DNA from: Wallemia ichthyophaga EXF-994
Taxonomy: Eukaryota; Fungi; Basidiomycota
Assembly: GCF_000400465.1 (NCBI RefSeq)
Contig: NW_008806280.1
Location: 120,001 to 152,000, forward strand
Length of the DNA stretch: 32,000 bases
Direction of reading: 5' to 3'
The notes under the pieces are model-generated. The model saw nothing but the letters and a program-made list of their open reading frames with translations. It searched no databases and was not told the origin of the DNA. Position numbers and translations under genes: made by a program. This document shows, piece after piece, positions 23,701 to 32,000 of this stretch. The stretch's first letter is position 1. Each line of letters starts with the position of its first letter.

Positions 23701-24137
23701 TTTTCTTTCTCGTCTGCCTGCCTCTGTCGGACTGCTTCTGCATCTGCTTCGGCCTCTTCTGCTGCTAAACGCGCCATATGCTCCTCTTTGGCTTTGCGGA
23801 TAGCGTCTTCTTTGTGTCGAGCTGCAGGTGGGGATTCATTTTCAGACTGCTGATTGATACGCGCTTTGGCAGCGTCGAGTACCAAATCGACGCGACTGGG
23901 GGTGTGTTTGGAGGGAGAAAGGCGTGTAGAGTGGCGCGTGGAAGAAGGTCTATTGACTGGTTGAAAGACATCTGGTCTCTTAACAGGGGATGCATTATTC
24001 CTCAGTCTGTGTTGACGCTTTGGTGATCTTGTAGAGACAGTTGGGCTGTTTAAGAGGTTATTATTCAAGCCATTGAAGGTGGTATCTAAAAGATTATCCT
24101 CATTATTATTCAACTCGAGGTTAATCGATTGATCCAT
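20795..24137 (-). CDS. Large E/R/K-rich helical-rod protein with TPX2-like C-terminal motifs, about 1083 aa
   Basis: Exons 24137-21615, 21570-20929, 20881-20795 join the two ORFs in frame. Motifs TVPVAFNFAT, FRSTEMPNF and TQPTDIHLTTESR, then QQAAERLQRQEEEDREYRRQL..ERVHPNPF, recall TPX2 repeats and the TPX2 C-terminal domain. The gene is well supported; the family call is tentative. Confidence 0.75.
22450..23035 (-). repeat. Imperfect coding tandem repeat, 7 copies of (E/D)xH(L/F)AxL core modules
   Basis: Protein units such as EEARIERERHLARLAKEK interleave with DEQARLAQIAEQKA. Recurrent DNA blocks on the + strand include gcaagatgacgttctctctcaatgcgtg and ggcgatttgcgctag. Boundaries are approximate. 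Confidence 0.85.
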
Positions 24138-24228
24138 ATGATTGTTGGTGATAAACAGAACAATTTAATAGAGACGACCCTTGAATATTATAAGTGTAGC
24201 TCACTATTATTCTTAATCACCGCCCATC

Positions 24229-25110
24229 ATGACCGACTCCAGTAAATACCGCTCCTTCTCAATCAACGCCGATCTACTAACCCAGTACAGCGTACGCCTA
24301 TATAAATCCACATCAGTCATTCGGTATGTCTGATTATAAGCCTAGCAATGTAAAATGTTAGTTAGTTACGCCCTTTCCAACTACCCTGACAACCCGCAGC
24401 GTTTCGAAAGAGACAGAGAGGTGGCCTAATCAGAGGGACGATCATTGGATTGATATTCAGATGGATCTTCTGTGTGCTAATACTCGGGATAGTCATCGCT
24501 AGTGTGTTATAGTCTGATTACACAGTCACTCCTCTTACCCTCCTCAGTCGGCATAATCGCCACAATCGTTCTTTACGTAAAGCCACCAAATTTAGCCTTC
24601 TTGGGCGTTGAGGAGCCAAATAATGGCAGTACCGTATCCGCTATCAACAACGCATTGAGCATAAACTTCGATTTGCAGATTCAAGTCGATAACCCAAACA
24701 CCTTCGACATCACATTCAACGAACTCTACGCACAGCTCTTCTGGGGTGCTACTAACATCTCTATTGGCTATGGCAGAGTTGAGAATATCGATATTCGCAG
24801 TGAGAACACCACAAATTTCAGATACCCGTTCCATATCGTCTATAAGGCTAGCTATGATCCTAATAGACAAGTCCTTGGTGGTTTACTTGACTCATGCGGT
24901 CTCACAGATCCTAACAGCAAGCCTCCAATCGACATCCAATACGATCTCGATATCGACGTAAAAGCTCTTTCCGTAAATATCAAACAGACCATCAGCAATT
25001 CCATGTCTGTCACCTGCCCTGGCTTCAGTGAAAGCATGCTACAGGATGCTGTTGGCGATACTATCTCGGTAGATGTTTTGGTGGATGAGTTGACTAGAAA
25101 TCAACGCTAG
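24229..25110 (+). CDS. Single-pass membrane protein with LEA_2 (NDR1/HIN1-like) domain, about 247 aa
   Basis: Best model: exons 24229-24241, 24291-24356, 24400-24501, 24548-25110. Basic stretch RKRQR, then a long hydrophobic helix (WIFCVLILGIVIAIGIIATIVLYV), KPP, LQIQVDNPNTFDITF, IGYG and two cysteines. The 5' exons are less certain. Confidence 0.7.
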
Positions 25111-25166
25111 CTTTGTTAGCTCTTACTTGATTTATTTATTTCTATTAATAATGATAATGCATACGT

Positions 25167-27518
25167 CTAATTTCTTAGCAATGACAAAGCGTACTCCTCA
25201 TCGTCATCTATATCTCGTGTCTCACTTTCCTTCTTCTGCTTCTTCTGGCTCGATTCTTTGTCGTTGCTTTCACCATCACTACCACTCTCACCCTCAATCT
25301 CATCCTCATCACCCAAATCGAACTCCGGTGACACATAACCATCATCCTCGCCATCTCCAATAACAGCTTCAGCTGCATCATCGCTGTCGTCGCCCTCAAC
25401 CTCCCTATCCTTCCTCTTACGCTTCTTTTCATCACGTTTCTCCTTTGCAACTCTCTTATTCTCAACGTCAGCCAATTTGAGCTGTTTATTTTGTTCATCG
25501 ATAAACCGCTTCTTCTCATTATCGACGTCGACATCTTCCCCTTTCTGTAATTCGTACAGTTCATGCGCTTGTCCGTCCTCGTCGAAGCGCAATTTATGAC
25601 CAGGCTCGCTCTTCCCTGCGATCGCCTTCTTCGACTGACCCGCTCTAAGTTTCCGTTTTGAGAGGTTACCCGCAGCGTCATCTTCCTCTCCATCGCTACC
25701 ACCGCTCTCCAGCTCGTGATCGCGACGAGTGATTGTCATCAGCTCCTCATCCGACTCTCCCTCTCCCTCTCTATTCCTGTCTACAAGTGCATTGTAGTGC
25801 TCCGATAGCTGTCCTTGGTTCTTACGCTCGAAAAGTTTGTCATACTTGGTGCGCACCCCAGGTTTACTTTGTGATTCCTTTTGCGTTTGTTTCTGCAGCA
25901 CGTCAGTTTAAATCTACAAACTGCCAACACTTTTCAATCTCACCGCTAAATCAGTATCCTCACTATCATCTCCACTTTCCTGATTCTGCTCCTGCTCTTG
26001 CTCACTCTCACTCACCTCCTTCTTATCCTCCGCTCTCGCTCTTGCTTTCTCCGCCGCCATGAACTTAACCTTGGGCACACCAGGCAGACCGAGACTACCC
26101 GCGTATTCGCTGAGTGGGTAGCGCGTAACATCAAAGACCTCTTTATCCTTCATGAGATGCAGTGAGCGGACATAGCTAACGAAAGCCTTCTGAGCGAGGT
26201 ATTTGATTTCAGTATCTTGGAAAGCATGTGCTTGTAACGCATTCCCAATAGGTTGCATAAGTTTCTCCTTAATCTTAGTTCCTTTTGGCGTAATGTGTTT
26301 TTCTTCGAGTCTCTTTAACAATGCTTTCTCAGCAGGCTCGACTAGCATCAGCGCACATCCCTTGCTGTTGTAACGTGCTGTGCGTCCGACACGGTGTATA
26401 TAAGTGTCTGCATCTTCAGGCGCATCGAGTTGTACCACCCAGTCCACTGCAGGTATGTCCAACCCACGCGCTGCGATATCCGTCGCAAACAACACCGCAT
26501 GCGAAGCTCGACTGAACTGCGCAAGAGTCGCGTGCCGTTTCGCTTGCTTCAATTTACCGTGCAGCTGCATCAAACTTATACCAGGACGCAGGTGCGAGAA
26601 CGTCTCATATATGTGTCGTACTTGCTTACATGAGCTAGCGAATACGAGCACTTTGTTCTGTTTGTGACTCTTCACGAACCCGAATAAAACATCCAGTTTG
26701 CGGTGGAGAGGAACGAGTGAATAGAATTGCGCCAAATTCTTTGGTGTCGGATCTTCCCCATTATCCGTGTTTTTCAGCTCGACATAAGCTGGATCATTGA
26801 GACTCATCTTGGCAAGTGAGGCGACTGATGCGGATATAGTAGCCGAGAATAGCAAATTCTGACGCGTATGCGTTGGTGGTAGCTGGTCAATGATCGCGTG
26901 AACCGTCTTAGCGAATCCCAAATCAAGTATACGATCAGCTTCATCTAGGATCAGCATCTTGAGGTTATCGGCGCTAAAACCGTAAGTTTCGTCCATATGT
27001 TGTAGGAGACGACCAGGGGTGGCGATGAGAATGTTCATCTTATTCAGTCGCGTCTTCTCCTGCGCAACGTTCTTCCCTCCAATGAGCAGACCAGCAGAGA
27101 AAGTGTGATTGGTGCCTATAGCGTGGAGAACCTTGAATATTTGCAGCGCAAGCTCACGCGTTGGGGCTACGACGAGAGCACCTAGTCCATCAGTGCTCGA
27201 CCACTTTTCCTTGTACAACAGCTCGAGCATCGGCAGGAGATAGCTGAGCGTCTTACCACTGCCGGTGCGCGCTGAACCGACGAGATCCTTGCCTTTGAGC
27301 GCCAAATGCGTTGTCGCTGCTTGGATTTCCGTCATCTTAACGAATCCATTGCGCTTCATCCCCTTCTTGGTCTGCTGGGAGATAGGCAGCTCGTCGAACA
27401 GCTCAGTCTTCTCGCTCAGCTCCTTCTGGAGAGCGTGCATATCCCTGAGATTATTATCATCTGCCACACGCTTCTGATTTATGCGCTTGTAGGGTTTTGT
27501 CTGCTGCTTGGATTTCAT
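25167..27518 (-). CDS. DBP4: DEAD-box RNA helicase Dbp4/Hca4 (DDX10), about 766 aa
   Basis: Exons 27518-25944 and 25892-25167. Motifs ARTGSGKT, PTRELA, TPGRLL, DEAD, SAT, ARGLD and HRVGRTAR. Dbp4-type segments YETFSHLRPG and RTKYDKLFERKNQ. Confidence 0.93.
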
Positions 27519-27567
27519 CGTCGCGGCCAAAATGCAAGAGCAATACATCAACATACAAATAACCAAT

Positions 27568-29872
27568 TCAAGTCAAAATCTTAATGTCCTTATCCATCCC
27601 GCTCAAATACTCCAGTATAACCTCCCTCCTCTTATCCCAACCTTGTAATATTCTGTACCTGCTATCGTTGGATAAAATTTTCTCCATCTCGTCAATATTC
27701 ACCTGCTGAGCCAGCTGCTTGAGATCCTTATTCCCACCGCCGAACACGCCCTCGTCTGTCTCATCATCATCATCTTCCTCTGCTTTGAAGACCTTTTCTG
27801 CATCCTTTGTCGCATCTTCCTCCCCTTTCTTTACGCGGCCCCAGTATCCGACAAAGGAAGACTCTTTCAGAAGCTCCTTGAATTCCTTAACCGCGTTTCT
27901 AAACTTGGCTGCCTGCCACTCGACGTAGATTCTTTCTAGTTCTGCCACCGACGCGTCTAACACCTTCACCGCCACCTCGTCCTTGATCTTGTCGTGCACA
28001 TCTTCAAATGCATCATCGAGAGTCTTGAATTCCCTCTCAAAGAGCTCCTTCACCCCATTCACCCGCTTGTTGTAGATCCCATCGGCGTGCTCTTCGAAAA
28101 GGTCCCTCTTTCTTCTTACGCTGAGATCGACGTTGAATCTGCTGTCCTTGGCCAGCTCTCCTTCCAGCTCTCTCCACCTGATCTACATTTCCGTCAGTCA
28201 AATCAAAATTCCAGAACACCACCCACCTTGTGATTCCTCACCGTGTCTATCAACAAAGTCCGGTATTCTCTTTCAGCTTCATTGCCGGCTAGAGCAGTTT
28301 TGGACGCTTGCGTCTTCTTATCAAGACTTTCTCTTTCCTTATTGAAATTCTCTTGGCGTGCCTTAAGTGAGGCTTCAGCCCTGGCAGCTTTGTCTAGCTT
28401 TTTGGGCTCGTCTTCTATAGGCGCAGGTATTACGTTTTCTTCAGCTTTGGGTAATTCCTCTGGTTGCTCACCCGCCAATTCTTTCTTGTATGCGTTAAAG
28501 AGCGCTTCCTTGGTACTTCCCGACTGCAGCTTCTTATACGCAGAATGAGAAGAGAGTAGCGGTTTTAACTATTGAACTTTGTTAGCTTGGCAATGTGCAT
28601 ACACTCACACCGACCTCCTTGTAATCAGACTGAGCTGTAATATCGCTAGTGTCTCTCAGCAGCCTCTTGAATCCCTCCTCCACCTTCTGAGCTTCTTGGC
28701 GTTTAGCTGTCAAGTATAAAGTCAGCAATCACCAAAAGCAAAAGTCACTCTCACCTTCTCCCAACTCCCTTAACCACGATTTGAACACCTTTTCTCTCTC
28801 TTTGTCATCTCTACCGAATCCAAAGAAGCGTCTATCCTTCTTGAATGTCTTCCTGAATTCTTCGAAGCGCGCACGCGTGCTTGTAACCTCCGATCGAAGC
28901 AGCTCCCTGTAGCTGATGGCTGGGTCAACACTGACAGTACTCCTTTTCGCCGACTGCGCTTTATCCCTGCAATACTCATCGAATGCATCCTGCCTATCCT
29001 CGGTATTCCTCAGACTAGTATACCGGCTATCATTAACGAAAGTGGTAAGAGCCATATCCCAAGGCATGAGTGGATTGATATCATACTCCTCCAGCATGCT
29101 CTTGAACAGCGCGACGGCCTCTTCATGGTTATAGTTAGCTTCGATCTCTGCGGCTTTCTTCTCTTGGTATTCTCTCATACGTTCATTCTCCATCTCGCGC
29201 TGCTCAGCCAGCTCGGCATCGAGTATATTCTTATTGTGGTTGCGTTCTGCGTCCATTGCCGCCCGCGCTGCTGCTGCGTAGTCTGCGTCGTCTCCACCGT
29301 CACCGCTGCCGTCTTCATTTTCTCCATCCTCTCTGGCTTTCTTCGGCTCAACGTCTATCCAGCCGCTATCACCGGGCTCCTTCTGCTCACGCTTCCGCTT
29401 CTTCTCTGCAGCAGCAGCATTCCCATTCTGCTCGTCCTCTTCTAGCTGCGACACCTGCGATGCTATCTCAGCAGGCACCTCCCACACACTTTCCTTGCGC
29501 TCAGTGTGGAGGTAGAAGGTATTTCCGAGATTTGTCGTTATCCTCATCCACGCTGTACCTTCTATCGATGTCTTTTTCGCTGGTTTTTCTTTCTTGGTCT
29601 TCTTCGTCTGGCTTGGCTGTGCTGCAGGCGCAGCTGGCGCTTGCATCGGTGCTGGCGGCGGTGCCATTTGCATTTGCATTTGCATTCCAGCAGGTGGCAC
29701 AGGTAGCGGTCTCTTGTATGTGGATTTCTTTGTACTGGCGTTGTAGTAGTAAGGTGTACCCGACGGAGCTGAGCGATTTGCCTGTTAAATCACCTTATTG
29801 CACTCTAGCATCTCACCCACCCTTATGCTCTGTCCATCCTTCCGGCAGCGGTGGTGGTGGTATTCCATTCAT
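27568..29872 (-). CDS. WW + FF domain splicing/transcription factor (Urn1/Dre4/TCERG1-like), about 704 aa
   Basis: Exons 29872-29821, 29768-28755, 28706-28615, 28568-28227, 28182-27568. WW1 LPEGWTEHKAPSGTPYYYNASTKKSTYKRP and WW2 AWMRITTNLGNTFYLHTERKESVWEVP. Several FF domains (FKSMLEEYDINPLMPW...DSRY..RQDAFDEY). Confidence 0.88.
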
Positions 29873-29952
29873 TTTGATAGTATCGGTGAGAGAATTAACA
29901 CGCTTAAAACAAGGAAAGTAAACGTAAATGAAATAAATAGTCTATATTGCTT

Positions 29953-32000
29953 TTACTCTTGCAACAGATGCGCGTAATCGTCTGCACTAGCAAACATAGG
30001 TAACGCCTTCTTAGCTTTCTTGGCCGCTCTAGCTTCCTTGTTGTTACGTTTGCGCTTTCCGCTGACTTCTTCCTCCTCCTCTGGTTCACTACCGTCCTCC
30101 TCATCCTCATCTGCGCCAGGAACCTCCATGTCCTCATCAATAGACAACAGGTCATCCTCTTCGTCATCGAGACCACCAACACCTCCTTCGTTGTCCTCAT
30201 CATCCTTGTCCTCGTTATCCTCACCATCCTCATCATCCTCATCGGATTCTGAATCTGCTTTAGCTGCTTTGTCTTCCTCACCTTCAGCTTCGGCATCACT
30301 GTCCTCCAACATGGCAGGATCGACGTGGTCTTCATCACTCTCTTCGAGGTCGTCATTCTCCTGTCCTGGCATCGTAGCTTGCATAGCCTAAAGAGTGGTT
30401 AGAATTTACCATAAAACCAATTCAGACGATGCGCACCTTCCAGATCTCATCCTCGTCGAACTCTTCCTTATCATCAGATGCAGCATCGTTATCGCCATCC
30501 TCCTTCTCATCCTTCTGCTCATCCTCATCATCGAGATTGACATCTTGACCTTGGTCAGTATCATCGTCACTCTCGCCCACACCTTCATCGTCAGAAGCCT
30601 TCTTGCGCTTATCCCTCTTAGATGCTTTATCTTCCAACCTCTTGTTACGCTGATTGAAGAATTTATGGAAGAAAAGCTGATCAGGAGCTACATTTGCCTC
30701 CTTCTTCCTCATAAACTCGTTGCTGTTCATCATCAACTCTCTAGTAGCACCCTTGACATTAGAGACAGTTTGTGATCGGTCAGACGCAGCAATAGGTTGC
30801 ATGAGCGATGCACCCTTTGGCTTGATGTCTTTCTTTGGATTCTTGTAGACGAATCTGTCGAGGAAATGCATGAGTGTGTTGAGGTTGAGATCCGATGAAG
30901 TTTTCACCACTTCTCCATTCAGTAGCTGCTTAGCCTGAATAGATACAGAGGGGTGATAGTGCTTTGTGAATGGTATCAACTCCCACAGACAACTGTGCTG
31001 AGCATTGCTATATTGAGGATCGCGCTTGAACTTGTCGTAAGACGTCGAAGCTACTCCACCACTCTCATTCTCTTCCTCCTCATCCAACATCGCTCTCAAT
31101 GAGGGATGGCTAGCGAATATGCCGTTGAGATGGTAGAATGCACCGCAAATGAATGAAGGTGATTGTCCGAGTAGCATTTGCAATATACGCTTCACAAACG
31201 CTGCTACTCGGGCATTCGATGGATCTCTCTTCATAGCCGAGAACAACAAGTTGAGGTACATGGACTGCTTTGACGAGCCTCCCAGTCTTGGATCCAGCAG
31301 CGACTCATACAATGCACGGTAAAATCTGTCTGAGACTGTGTCCTTTATAATCGTTATTTGGTAGATTAGTTGTAATGCTTGAATAGCTATGTTGAAGGTA
31401 CCAGTGTGGGTGATTCTAAACAGAGTATTCATGTAATTATCGAAACTGAATTTGTCAGTACTGCGAATGTAAAGTCATTGGACTCACATTTTTTCATCAA
31501 TATCAGCGTATGGCATGGCACGGTGTACGCCGGCCAAAATACCGGCAACCATCTTAGACTTTTTCTCCTCAAGAGCCTCAGGATCATCTTCGACATCTTC
31601 CTTCTTGTCTTTCTTAACATTCTTACCTTGGTTTTTCTTACCCTTCTTAGCATTCTTAGCATCCTCCTTGGATTTCTTCACCAATGTTTCCTCCTCCCTG
31701 AGGAAATCTTTGAAGCAGTTAAAGTATATTTCTATCAGTTTGTTTGCAACGCCAGTGTCAGCCTTTGTGAACATGATCTGATTTAATGTAATAATCGCGT
31801 AGTACTTGGCAGAGTCTGACATGTTTGGACGGAAGATGAGATCACCGACTTCGCGACTGATAATGCCTTTCATTGCAGGGTGAGCTTGCAAGACAACAAG
31901 CAGCTGATTAGAAGCTTTTGATGCTACTTGACGAGAAGGATCACCCTATCCTTGATTTAGTTTTGTTATTGAGAAAAAGAAAATACCTACCAACTTGTTT
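29953..32000 (-). CDS. MAK21: Mak21/Noc1 (CBF domain, CEBPZ-like) 60S biogenesis factor; 5'-truncated by the window
   Basis: Exons >32000-31991, 31945-31488, 31445-30437, 30387-29953. NKLGDP, AKYYAIITLNQ, LAGVHRAMPY, SDRFYRALYESLLDPRL, KRDPQYSNA..CLWEL, acidic tract and PMFASADDY tail. Confidence 0.93.

Noticed and set aside
21874-23853. Many plus-strand Ser/Leu/Phe-rich ORFs
   Set aside because: Antisense shadows of the E/R/K/A-rich coding strand.
29664-29685. (TGCATT)n hexamer run encoding MQMQMQM
   Set aside because: A short coding microsatellite in a disordered linker, with no sign of wider significance.
29256-30775. Plus-strand ORFs 29256..29921, 30020..30391 and 30395..30775
   Set aside because: Antisense shadows of low-complexity acidic or Pro/Ala tracts in the Urn1-like and Mak21 genes.
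1-32000. Frequent GTGGGT, GTGTGT and GTGCGT splice donors (about a third of the roughly 46 introns inferred)
   Set aside because: Relaxed +4 positions are common in basidiomycetes. All inferred introns are GT-AG, so no unusual splicing chemistry is needed.
1-32000. tRNA, rRNA, CRISPR array or intact transposon
   Set aside because: No cloverleaf or A/B boxes, rRNA-like tract, regularly spaced repeats, or transposase/RT/integrase motifs were recognised by eye.

Overview
Eukaryotic DNA from a very gene-dense fungal genome. Introns are mostly 37-55 nt and many intergenic gaps are under 170 bp; a compact basidiomycete such as Wallemia is my inference. Manual splicing gives 14 protein-coding genes: an HCS1/IGHMBP2-type helicase (3' end), polo kinase, Sm-D2, TFIIIA, a class V myosin-motor chitin synthase, a 9-exon velvet-domain gene not recoverable from the ORF track, isocitrate lyase with PTS1, an SDR, Pol5/MYBBP1A, a 1083-aa helical-rod protein with a TPX2-like C-terminus, an LEA_2-like membrane protein, Dbp4, a Urn1/TCERG1-like WW-FF protein and Mak21/Noc1 (3' part). 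The one oversized gap (4908-6084) holds what looks like a decayed dUTPase gene. Other oddities: start codons only 21 bp apart (Sm-D2/TFIIIA), a same-strand Mak21-Urn1-Dbp4 trio with 80 and 49 bp spacers, a last intron of ICL that controls the PTS1, and two CSRE-like boxes in the velvet/ICL divergent promoter. I saw no tRNA, rRNA, CRISPR array or intact transposon. All calls come from reading the sequence and recalling motifs; no database searches were run.
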